Source of the DNA: Candidatus Methanoxibalbensis ujae
GTDB taxonomy: Archaea; Halobacteriota; Syntropharchaeia; Alkanophagales; Methanospirareceae
Direction of reading: 5' to 3'
Assembly (NCBI GenBank): GCA_026134085.1
Contig: JAOQIN010000008.1
Location: forward strand, 1 to 56,890
Length of the DNA: 56,890 nt
A program made the translations under genes and the position numbers. Of the stretch, positions 20,041-29,075 are shown one piece after another. Within the stretch, counting starts at the first letter, position 1; the number at the start of each line of letters is the position of its first letter. The notes under the pieces were generated by a model. It searched no databases. It was not told where the DNA came from and saw only the letters and a list, made by a program, of their open reading frames with translations.

Positions 20041-20113
20041 TGAGTATGATTGAATTGTGATGGAGTATGATTGAATTGTGATTGCGTATGATTAAATTAT
20101 GATGAAGTATGAT
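20041..20113. repeat. 21-bp tandem repeat, about 3.5 copies (core GTATGATT)
   Basis: tgagtatgattgaattgtgat / ggagtatgattgaattgtgat / tgcgtatgattaaattatgat / gaagtatgat. Confidence 0.85.
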
Positions 20114-20191
20114 TGAGGATTGCGGAGGATAAATCCATGCAACTCCCAAAAACAGCAAATTATATAAGTGAGAGACTGAGGAACGGTAGAT

Positions 20192-20767
20192 ATGCTTGAA
20201 AGGGTGAGAAAATTTTTATTTCATCCTGTGAAAGCGTTCAGCGAGGTGAAGGAGGATACGCTATCCGATGCGTTCAAGTATTTCATGCCGCTGCTCTTCA
20301 TTCTTGCAGTGATTCTGGCTGTGCTTCTGTTTGCTGTGATGAATGTGACGGGCATGAGCCAGATTATCAGTATGCTTCCGATGCCTTTTACTGTGGATCC
20401 AGCGATTGTTGTCCTGGGCGGTGTTTTTCTATGCGTCCTTCTCGGCGGATTCCTCCTCATATTGTATGGGAGTGTGTGGCTGCATATCTGGGTTCTAATA
20501 TTTGGCGGCAGGGATAAGAGGCTGAAGCAGTCATTCAAAGTGGTCGCATATGGCTCAACACCTGTGTATGTGCTGGGATGGCTCCCCGGCCCGAACATAT
20601 TGATGGCACCTGTGTGGACAATCATCGCATGGATAAGTGGCGTCATGCAGCTTCACGAAATCACATCTGGAAGGGCGATATTCATTGTGATCGTATCTGT
20701 CATTGTTCCACTTATCGCTCTCGGCGTCATGGCATGTTCACTGATGCCTCTTCTGGTGAAACCCTGA
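20192..20767 (+). CDS. Yip1 family membrane protein
   Basis: P.KAF...., five TM segments, VVAYGSTP...LGWLP, H.I...RA. Confidence 0.8.
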   Translation: MLERVRKFLFHPVKAFSEVKEDTLSDAFKYFMPLLFILAVILAVLLFAVMNVTGMSQIISMLPMPFTVDPAIVVLGGVFLCVLLGGFLLILYGSVWLHIWVLIFGGRDKRLKQSFKVVAYGSTPVYVLGWLPGPNILMAPVWTIIAWISGVMQLHEITSGRAIFIVIVSVIVPLIALGVMACSLMPLLVKP

Positions 20768-20836
20768 TAAACATGATAAACCTGATAAAGCGCTCAATCA
20801 ATCAAAAAATAGAAATAGAAACAGAAAAAGAAAAGG

Positions 20837-22342
20837 ATGAGTGGAGAGAGCGGGAAGAGGATATCGTGGGATGAATATTGGATGCTCATCGTGAAAGATG
20901 TTGCGAGGCGCTCCACATGTCTGCGCCGTCAGATAGGTGCGGTCATTGTGAAGGAAAATGTGATCATATCCACTGGCTACAACGGCGCTCCTCGTGGATT
21001 TCCGCACTGCATTGACGTGGGATGCAGACGCGACATGCTCAACATAAAAAGTGGAGAGCGTCATGAGGAGTGTCTGCCGCCTTATGTTGAGGTTCTCACG
21101 CACAGAGGTCACAAGAAAATATCAGAACTGACACCAAATGATTTCGTGCTCACACACAATGGACGATTTAAACGTGTGCTGCGCGTGATCTCACACAGCT
21201 ATGAGGGCGAAACATGCGTGATAAAGCCAAAAGGTCTGCTCAGTATTGAGCTCACACCTGAACATCCCGTGCTCTCATGCGGCAGATGCACCGAGTGTTA
21301 TGGCAAAAGCGATTGGGAATGGATCGCCGCCCGTGATGTTGAGAGGGGATATGAGTTGATCATGCCATTTGACACGCGCATTGAAGACTTTGATTCCCTC
21401 AGCGTTCCTGATGCCGCCTCAGATGAAATCCCAGAATCTGCTTTTCTCTTCGCCACTGACGCATATGATGCTACTGACGCGTATGATGACGCATATAATG
21501 CCGCTGAACTGCCTTTGAACGAGGATGTTTTGCGCCTTTTCGGATTTTATCTCGCAGCGGGTGAGGTCAAGACGCGCTATCTCAGGTTCTCCCTCCCAAA
21601 AGAGCTTGTGGATGAAGTCAAGCATGTGATAAAGGATGTTTTTGGAGTTTCCGTTCATGAAACGAGGGATAAAGGAGCGAGAAAAGAGATCACATTTCAG
21701 TCAAACATATTTTCAATATTTTCTGCGATATTCGGGAGCGAGCGAATTCCGGCAGAGCTCATGATGATACATCCGAGAAAGCAGAGATACATGCTTGAGG
21801 GCTGGATAGAATGCTCTGAATGCAGTGATGCCGCAGCATACGGAAGTGGTGATACCTCATATAATTCAGCAGCGAGGACAACATCACGAACACTCGCACT
21901 TCAGATGCATCAGATATCTCTCAGAACTGGCGAGATTCCTCTTCTGAGCATGCATGACGGGCAGTATTTCCTGATATGGCACCATGACAGTGATGATATT
22001 TACATAAAAGATGGAAAACTGCACACTTATGTCGTTCAAAAGCGCATAAAACAATTCAAGGGCGATGTTTACAATATTGAAGTTGAGGATGATGCATCAT
22101 ATACGACATGCTCCTTCGTCGTTCACAACTGTATAGGCGTTCACGCCGAGCAGAATGCGCTTATACAGGCTGGAAGGGAGGCAGCTGGCGCAACGCTTTA
22201 TGTGAATTCATATCCGTGCAAGATATGTGCAAAACTGATCATAAATGCAGGTGTAAAAAAAGTTGTGATGAGTGGCGAATATACCGACAGGGAAGGTCTG
22301 GATTTCCTGCGTAAGGCGGGCATTGAGCTTGTGTTCCTGTGA
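20837..22342 (+). CDS. dCMP deaminase (ComEB-type) precursor containing an intein; mature protein 148 aa
   Basis: WDEY, RSTCLRRQIGAVIV, TGYNG, then after the intein CIGVHAEQNA and PCKICAK. Confidence 0.93.
   Translation: MSGESGKRISWDEYWMLIVKDVARRSTCLRRQIGAVIVKENVIISTGYNGAPRGFPHCIDVGCRRDMLNIKSGERHEECLPPYVEVLTHRGHKKISELTPNDFVLTHNGRFKRVLRVISHSYEGETCVIKPKGLLSIELTPEHPVLSCGRCTECYGKSDWEWIAARDVERGYELIMPFDTRIEDFDSLSVPDAASDEIPESAFLFATDAYDATDAYDDAYNAAELPLNEDVLRLFGFYLAAGEVKTRYLRFSLPKELVDEVKHVIKDVFGVSVHETRDKGARKEITFQSNIFSIFSAIFGSERIPAELMMIHPRKQRYMLEGWIECSECSDAAAYGSGDTSYNSAARTTSRTLALQMHQISLRTGEIPLLSMHDGQYFLIWHHDSDDIYIKDGKLHTYVVQKRIKQFKGDVYNIEVEDDASYTTCSFVVHNCIGVHAEQNALIQAGREAAGATLYVNSYPCKICAKLIINAGVKKVVMSGEYTDREGLDFLRKAGIELVFL
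21071..22129 (+). mobile_element. Intein (353 aa) with degenerate LAGLIDADG homing endonuclease
   Basis: Starts CLPPYVEVLT; block B LTPEHPV; block F VYNIEVE; ends VVHN followed by Cys+1. Confidence 0.93.
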
Positions 22343-22441
22343 TTGTGTGTGCGCATCACGCTTCCATCTCGTCTCCGGTCGGGCTCGGTGGTGGTTGAGG
22401 TTGAGGTGGTGGTTGAGGTTGAGGTGGTGGTTGAGGAGAGG

Positions 22442-23044
22442 CTACACTATGTCTCTTGATGTGTCAACCTCAACGCTGCTTGATGAGAATCGCAGCCTCA
22501 CATATCTCGTTGAGGGATTTCCTCCTCTGACCTTAGGTGCCGCTATTTTCATGATGATGTCATCGCCGACGCGCTCCGCCCGCATGTCAACGAACACATC
22601 ACACAGATACGACAGTCTGCTCATGTATTTCTCGTCGCAGGCTCCTCTCGGAACAAAAAGGAATATCCACAAGCCGTTGTGAGATGCGCATGCATTCATC
22701 ATGTTCTCAATCAGAATGTCATCATCCACGAAAGGTGAGAAAGTGTCTATGATCACATTCGCATCCTTCGCCTCAAGCAGCACATCTGCAACAATCTTCA
22801 CATTTCTCCCTCTCGCATCAACAATGTGAACTTCCTCCTTCATTCCGCCAGAGGCGGCGGCAAATGAGGATATCTCCGCCGAAACTCGCTCAGGATGCCT
22901 CTCCGTCACAACATAATATGTGATGCGTGATGTGCATATCTCATACAATATCAGCTCAGCAGGCAGAAAGGGATCTGATACCATCAGAACAATAGAATCC
23001 GCAGGTATGCCGCGTCCGAGCACTTCATCCAAAATCGCAGTCAT
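22442..23044 (-). CDS. RecA/KaiC (RAD55)-fold protein lacking Walker A
   Basis: LDEVLGRGIP..SIVL, VIIDT, DVFV, K.RGG; no GxxGxGKT. Confidence 0.65.
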   Translation of the reverse strand: MTAILDEVLGRGIPADSIVLMVSDPFLPAELILYEICTSRITYYVVTERHPERVSAEISSFAAASGGMKEEVHIVDARGRNVKIVADVLLEAKDANVIIDTFSPFVDDDILIENMMNACASHNGLWIFLFVPRGACDEKYMSRLSYLCDVFVDMRAERVGDDIIMKIAAPKVRGGNPSTRYVRLRFSSSSVEVDTSRDIV

Positions 23045-23220
23045 CCCTCATGCGCGGACCATTTCCCATACCCATCCATCCCATCCATCCCATCCATCAT
23101 GCCTTCCTTCTCTCATGCTCTCGTGCAGCGTTTTGTGATGCGCTGTTGTGATGCGCTCTTGTGCTGCACTGTTGTGATGCATTGTTGTGATGCATCCACT
23201 CGTCCTCATCTTAAACAACA

Positions 23221-25191
23221 TTACAACAGTAAGAAGAACAGTATCCATGTGGCCAGGAGCATGATGATGACATGTTTCAATCCCGCGAGGACATTTCCCG
23301 TTTCCATCTGACCTGCCATAAGACCACAGAAAACTGACTGAAAAATTGCAGCCTGCATGAGGACATCTGTTATTTCCCGTTCTCTCAATCCTCCTTTCAG
23401 GGGCACAGTTAATGATGATGTTGAGGTTGTGCTGAATGCTTTGAAGAGAGGAGGAAACAGGCTGTTGAACATCATGTAAACGATGCCGATGAAAACGAAG
23501 AATGCGATGTACACAATTATCACATATATCAGCATGTTCATTGAGCGCTCTTTTGCGAGATTTCTCTCCATCTCAGCATCTTTCGCGGATATGTTCAGCG
23601 CTTCTGACAGGTTGCCGCCCGCGTGCAGCACTTCAGATATCATTGTGACAACCCTTGTCAATGCCGGCACTTTCACAGCATTTGCAAACATCTTGAACGC
23701 ATCACTCACCTCCGCACCCCATTTTATGTTGCGATGCATCTTCTTTATCTCCTCGTATATTCCTCCCTTTCCGGATTTCGCCTCCACCTCTATGCTTTTC
23801 ATGAGTGTCAACCCGCTCGCAATTGACGATGAAAGTCCGTTCAATATGTTGGGCGTCTGATCTCTCACCCTGCGCTCATATTTCTCCTTCAACTCGTAGA
23901 AAAAGGAGAGAGGCGCGATCGCGATGAGTATGGCGGGAATTACAAAATGAAACCCTCCAACTACCACAAGCACAAGCGCAGCAGGAAGGCTCATCGCAAG
24001 CGATAGAAAAGGATTCTCACGCATCTTCTCAAACGGCTTCTTCATATACTCACGCATCTTAAGACGCATCTGCATGCGCTTGTATTCTCTGTATGCCTCA
24101 CTCTCCCTCACTTCAGGAACATTCTCAATGTTTTTCCTGCGAATGTCATATTTTGTCCTCAAAAATGCGAATTTCTTGACATCAGAAGGAGTTATCATCT
24201 GTATCAGCGCGATGAAGCATGCCGAACCAAATGGTATCATCACATAAACAATACCATATATCATCATCATGCTTCCGGAGCCTATTGCAAGCATTATTAT
24301 CTGAACTATTATGAAGAAAATAGGCGCTGCAACGAGAACAGTTATGTAGATTTCGGCGAACAATCCGAGCGTTTCAAGAAATGATTTCTGCTCAACTTTT
24401 GCACGCTCCCTGTATTGTTCGGCTTTCTCAGCGAGAAAAATCTGGAGGGAGCCCCCGCTCTCCATCACTGTCAGTATGCCGCTTATAAATTCTCGCAGCG
24501 TCTGCGATGGCGTTATCTCATTGAGCTCTATCAGGCTGCGACGGAGGTCCTTTCCGAAATATCGTATGTTGCGGAGCACAAAATCAATCTCCTTTGAGAT
24601 CTCACCGTATGTCTCGCTGTGCCTCGCAAGCGCCTCAAATATCTGGATAATGCTTATGCCGCTCTTGCTCAGCGCATACATGAAATGAACTGCATGAGGC
24701 ATCATTCTCTCTATCTCCCTCCGCCTGTCTCCAGCCCTTGAGAAGGGAATGGAATACAGAAGAAGATATGTTGATATGAACATCACAACAAAACCAAGAC
24801 ATGAGAAAATTATTGTCACCAGTATAATTTTATATGTTACGAAAATATCAGGAACATCATATTTAAAATGAAAAAAATTTGCTATTTCAAACAATTTTAC
24901 GCTGAGAAATCCCAGAATTAATCCTACAAATCCTGCTATTAGTGAGTAAAAAAGTGTTTTGGAGAGATAAATATCATATGTTATTGGAAATCTTGCAGCA
25001 AGCAATGCGTTTTCAATTTCAATATATTTTGAGCGCTTTCCCCTGTAATATCTGCCGAAAACTGCATATGCGAGCTCTTCAACGCTCTTCAGACGCTTCT
25101 TACTGTCGTTTGCGCTGTCCTCTCCGATGCTTTTTCTGCGGTAGCCTCTTTCTCCTCTTCTGCCGACTTTTGTGATGCCCATTCTGATCAT
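23221..25191 (-). CDS. Type IV pilus/T2SS platform membrane protein (PilC/TadC, two T2SSF domains)
   Basis: Two T2SSF-like repeats, TPS..L..F, SGG.L, GL.AG.M..G....GLKH. Confidence 0.88.
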   Translation of the reverse strand: MIRMGITKVGRRGERGYRRKSIGEDSANDSKKRLKSVEELAYAVFGRYYRGKRSKYIEIENALLAARFPITYDIYLSKTLFYSLIAGFVGLILGFLSVKLFEIANFFHFKYDVPDIFVTYKIILVTIIFSCLGFVVMFISTYLLLYSIPFSRAGDRRREIERMMPHAVHFMYALSKSGISIIQIFEALARHSETYGEISKEIDFVLRNIRYFGKDLRRSLIELNEITPSQTLREFISGILTVMESGGSLQIFLAEKAEQYRERAKVEQKSFLETLGLFAEIYITVLVAAPIFFIIVQIIMLAIGSGSMMMIYGIVYVMIPFGSACFIALIQMITPSDVKKFAFLRTKYDIRRKNIENVPEVRESEAYREYKRMQMRLKMREYMKKPFEKMRENPFLSLAMSLPAALVLVVVGGFHFVIPAILIAIAPLSFFYELKEKYERRVRDQTPNILNGLSSSIASGLTLMKSIEVEAKSGKGGIYEEIKKMHRNIKWGAEVSDAFKMFANAVKVPALTRVVTMISEVLHAGGNLSEALNISAKDAEMERNLAKERSMNMLIYVIIVYIAFFVFIGIVYMMFNSLFPPLFKAFSTTSTSSLTVPLKGGLREREITDVLMQAAIFQSVFCGLMAGQMETGNVLAGLKHVIIMLLATWILFFLLL

Positions 25192-25240
25192 TTCAATCTT
25201 TCACTCAATCGCTCGTTCACTCAATCGCTCGCTCAATCAC

Positions 25241-26980
25241 TCACAGACCATACATCCGCCTCACTTTGTCGGGATTTGCGTAATATGCTCTCACGATTGA
25301 TATGAAATCCTCATGGGATATGCTGTTTTCGGCGAGTATTTTGAGGAGATTTGCGCGTGTGAACAGTTCATTTTCAATTTCTTCCCTGCTACATGCTTTT
25401 ATTCGTGCTATTTCTTTAAGTACTTTTGATGAATAAAGCGATATTCTGAATGAATCATCATAAGGAACCCACTCAAACACTCTTATTGTTTTTATGTTTC
25501 TCGTGTTTGGGTCTATTCCGAGGTTTTCTGTTATCTCCATGTTTCTTCGCACGCGCTTTTTGCCTATGAATATCTGTGCCTGAATTGAGAACACATCAAG
25601 TGCCTGCATCATTGAGCGAGGGACGCTGAGAGGTGGATATTCAAGGCGATGTATGGCAGCATCAACTGAATCCGCATGAAATGTGGAGAATGATGTGTGA
25701 CCCACGGACATGGCCTGAAAGAGAGTTTGCGCCTCTTTTCCGCGCACCTCGCCGACCAGTATGTATTCGGGCCTCTGCCTGAGTGCTGCTCTGAGGAGGT
25801 CATACATGTCCACCGCTCCGCGCTCGGCTCCCATGAAGGAATCTCTCGTGAGACCCGGGATCCAGTTTTTATGGGGCAGCCTTATCTCCCGTGTGTCCTC
25901 AATAGTCACGATCTTAGCGTTCTGCGGTATGAACAGCGATATCGCGTTCATTGATGTTGTCTTTCCGGATGCTGTTCCCCCAACAAACAATATGCTCCTG
26001 CCGTTCTCAACACACATCCACAGATATGCCATGGCCTCCGCACTGAATGTGTTCCAGCGCACAAGGTCGACAGGAGTTATGAGAACTTCATGAAATTTTC
26101 TTATCGTGAATGTGCTTCCCCTCGTCGTTATCTCGCTGCCCAGCGTCAGCTCAGCACGAGAGCCGTCTGACATCGTCACATCAAGCATCGGATCAGCCAG
26201 TGAAAGATGTTTGCCCCCTTTCTGCGCTATCTTCACAACAAAAGAGTCAAGCTCAACTTCATCAAAAACAATGTTCGTCTCTACACTTCCATATTTCCAG
26301 TGATATACGAAAACTGGAATGTTGTATCCATTGCATGATATGTCCTCTATGAATCTGTCTCGCATAAGAACATCTATTTTTCCGAAATGAATGAAGTCCC
26401 TCAGGATGTAATATCGTATTTTGTTGAATGATAGATCGCTTATGTTTATGTGATGCTGCTTGACAACTTCCGATATCTTATCATTCAACACATCCTCTCT
26501 GCTCCTGTCCTCCTCTTCTATATCTGTGAAGAGCAGCACATTTCGCAGCCTCTCGCTTATCTCGGCCAGGAAAAACTCCTCTATCCTGCTCAAATATGGC
26601 TCAACAGTGTAATAGAGATATGTGTTCGTCTCTTCGTTATATAAAACGGAGACAAATGCATAATCGCTCACATAATATCGCTCCTCCTCCTCATAGCCTT
26701 CTGGAATCTCATATTTATGCATGACAGAAGCTGCACCGCCTTCTTCTTCTTCTCCCTCCCTTTTCCTCGCATCATCCTCATCATCCGCATAATCCCCTGT
26801 TTCGGATGATTGTTGTGGAGATTCGGAAGATTGTTGTGGGGAGGCTGCGGATTTATGAGATGATATGCGATGTGGTCTCAGGCGAATGGGAAGCAGTGCA
26901 ATCAGGACAACTAATGAAATATGTAGATGACTTGTCATATTTCTTTCTTCTTCTTTTCTCTCATACTGCACATTTGACAT
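25241..26980 (-). CDS. Type IV pilus/T2SS assembly ATPase (PilB/ArlI/VirB11 family); start uncertain
   Basis: IEDISCNG, GGTASGKTT, IEDTREI, LRQRPEYILVGEVRG.EA, TFHA. Confidence 0.93.
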   Translation of the reverse strand: MSNVQYERKEEERNMTSHLHISLVVLIALLPIRLRPHRISSHKSAASPQQSSESPQQSSETGDYADDEDDARKREGEEEEGGAASVMHKYEIPEGYEEEERYYVSDYAFVSVLYNEETNTYLYYTVEPYLSRIEEFFLAEISERLRNVLLFTDIEEEDRSREDVLNDKISEVVKQHHINISDLSFNKIRYYILRDFIHFGKIDVLMRDRFIEDISCNGYNIPVFVYHWKYGSVETNIVFDEVELDSFVVKIAQKGGKHLSLADPMLDVTMSDGSRAELTLGSEITTRGSTFTIRKFHEVLITPVDLVRWNTFSAEAMAYLWMCVENGRSILFVGGTASGKTTSMNAISLFIPQNAKIVTIEDTREIRLPHKNWIPGLTRDSFMGAERGAVDMYDLLRAALRQRPEYILVGEVRGKEAQTLFQAMSVGHTSFSTFHADSVDAAIHRLEYPPLSVPRSMMQALDVFSIQAQIFIGKKRVRRNMEITENLGIDPNTRNIKTIRVFEWVPYDDSFRISLYSSKVLKEIARIKACSREEIENELFTRANLLKILAENSISHEDFISIVRAYYANPDKVRRMYGL

Positions 26981-27151
26981 GTAAATGCGCGCTGTCTCAA
27001 ATATATTATTGAATGTGCAAATGTTCTGATAAACATGTGAAAGATCAGTGAATGAAGAGCCTTGCTATGTGCTGCCCCTCCTCACGGACTCCTCACGGAC
27101 TGCGAGAAAAAAGCGCAAATCTTTTATGCAGAGTTCATTTTTTGAATCAGG

Positions 27152-28714
27152 ATGATATCAGTGCATTCCACGATATGTCCGGGATGCAGTATTGGTTGTG
27201 GCTTATATCTGATGAAAAACGAGGCGGGGTGCAGCGTTCTGCATCGCAAAGTATCTCCTGTGAATGCGGGGAAATTGTGCAAATTCGGCATGCATCTTCC
27301 GAGATTTTACTCACGCAGCCGCATGAGAACAACAATAAAGGGAAGGGATGCAAAGGCGGAGAACGCTGTCAATGAGATGAGAGAGCAATTGACAACCATG
27401 CAGCCTGATGAGATCGCATTCATCGCACTGCCCGGAATGATGACGAATGAGGAGTTTGCCGCGATGATCTCGCTGTGCAAGTCTTTGAAATGCAGGAACC
27501 TCGTGACAGGAACTGAGCGATTTCCACTGGAAATGCATCCATTAAGCAAAATAGAGAATGTCCAAAATATATTGTTGTTCTTTTTTGACCCTTTTGTGCA
27601 GTATCCTCTGATAACAAGACGAATATTGCGTGCTAAAGAGAGAGGTGCGGAGGTTATAGATGTCTCCTTTGCTGAAAACAGCAGGGAAATCGCAGATAAA
27701 ACGATTCTCGTGGATGAGATATTGGGGTCCACACCTCCATCTGATATGGGAGATGTGGCATTGAATGTTGCGAATGCGCTTGTTGAGACATATGAAGTGA
27801 AAGATGCGCTGATAATCGCCGACCTGAACCCGATGACTGATGCGCGTTTCATTGATGCAATTGACATGCTGAGCACGCAGACATTCCTGCTGAAGCCTTT
27901 CCTGAACGCGAACGGCGCGATGTTGTTGAGTTCCGCAATGGATTATCGCTGTGAGAAAGGCATATTTGAGATAGTTGATGATGTGAGACAGGGCAGGATA
28001 AAAGCGCTCTATGTATTTGAACCCGATCTGTCTCTTCATTTTTTCAGCGATTCCGATCTCGCGGATATTGAGCTGCTCGCCGTTCATGGTACATTTGACA
28101 GTCCGTTGTGCAGGAATGCGCACATCACAATATCCAACGAGCCTTTCTTCATGAGGCGTGGAACAGTTGTCAATGTGGAGGGATGCGTATTGGATGTGGG
28201 GGGTTCATCGTGCGAGAGTGTTGAAATCATAAGCGAGATGGGCGGTGAGCGCCTCTCTTATGAAGGAGTTCATGAGATCGTGAGATCGCATCTCGGATTC
28301 TCAAAGAAGAGCGAATATGAGACTTTTGTTGGTGCCGTCAGAAGCACCACCGCCAGCAGTGATGCGGAAACAACGAAGAAGAGAGGAAAAAAAGCGGGAA
28401 AAAAGGCGAAAAGGGTGAGGAAGGCGAAAGATAAAAAAGAAAATAGCAGATTGCTCCTTTATAAAACAAATCCGTTTTTCTGGTATGGAATTCGTGATAA
28501 GAACTTCGTTGAGATAAGTCCCGAAACAGCACGTGATCTGCATCTGTTCAGAGGCGAGAGCATCATACTGAGATCCACAGACGGAGGGGAGGAGCAAATG
28601 TCATTTAAAATAACGGATATCCCTCCCTATCTCGCGATATCAGAAGTGAAACTTGCCATAAGCAGCCGCATTCTTTCACCTGTGGAAATACTGAAAGCGG
28701 GCAAGCGTGGTTAG
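27152..28714 (+). CDS. Molybdopterin-oxidoreductase-fold protein (FdhA/NuoG-like) with N-terminal 4Fe-4S motif
   Basis: TICPGCSIGCG...GKLC, TNEE, GTVVNVEG, C-terminal VEISP..A..L dinucleotide-binding-like domain. Confidence 0.75.
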   Translation: MISVHSTICPGCSIGCGLYLMKNEAGCSVLHRKVSPVNAGKLCKFGMHLPRFYSRSRMRTTIKGRDAKAENAVNEMREQLTTMQPDEIAFIALPGMMTNEEFAAMISLCKSLKCRNLVTGTERFPLEMHPLSKIENVQNILLFFFDPFVQYPLITRRILRAKERGAEVIDVSFAENSREIADKTILVDEILGSTPPSDMGDVALNVANALVETYEVKDALIIADLNPMTDARFIDAIDMLSTQTFLLKPFLNANGAMLLSSAMDYRCEKGIFEIVDDVRQGRIKALYVFEPDLSLHFFSDSDLADIELLAVHGTFDSPLCRNAHITISNEPFFMRRGTVVNVEGCVLDVGGSSCESVEIISEMGGERLSYEGVHEIVRSHLGFSKKSEYETFVGAVRSTTASSDAETTKKRGKKAGKKAKRVRKAKDKKENSRLLLYKTNPFFWYGIRDKNFVEISPETARDLHLFRGESIILRSTDGGEEQMSFKITDIPPYLAISEVKLAISSRILSPVEILKAGKRG

Positions 28715-28757
28715 CGTGGCGTAGCGTGGCGTAGCGTGGCGAGAGAGGTTGGGAGAA

Positions 28758-29015
28758 ATGAGAGGAGAGAGGAGAGGGAAAAAGGAGGAAGAAGGAAAAG
28801 AAAATAAAAATGAGGAAGAGGCAGCAGATGAGAAGGAGCGATTGAAAAAAGAAATAGCACTGAAAATAATGGAGGAGCTCGGTATTAAAGGAGTTGGCAA
28901 GAGGAGGCTGCTTGAAAAGCTTGTTGAGCAGTATGATTATGATGAGGCAAAGGTGAGATATAAGGCAAAACGTGCGTTTATCACATATAGATATGCAAAA
29001 TTGAAATCTCATTAA
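28758..29015 (+). CDS. Small hypothetical protein
   Basis: Charged N-terminus followed by helical EIALKIMEELGIKGVGKRRLLEKLVEQY...; coding-like composition. Confidence 0.6.
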   Translation: MRGERRGKKEEEGKENKNEEEAADEKERLKKEIALKIMEELGIKGVGKRRLLEKLVEQYDYDEAKVRYKAKRAFITYRYAKLKSH

Positions 29016-29075
29016 ATGCTGCGCTGCAGCAAATGATGAGAAATTGTGGTCGCAGAGATCTCTTCCCTTTCGTTT

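Noticed and set aside
20041..20113. Mini-CRISPR interpretation of the 21-bp repeats
   Set aside because: Units are contiguous with no unique spacers and do not resemble the array repeat
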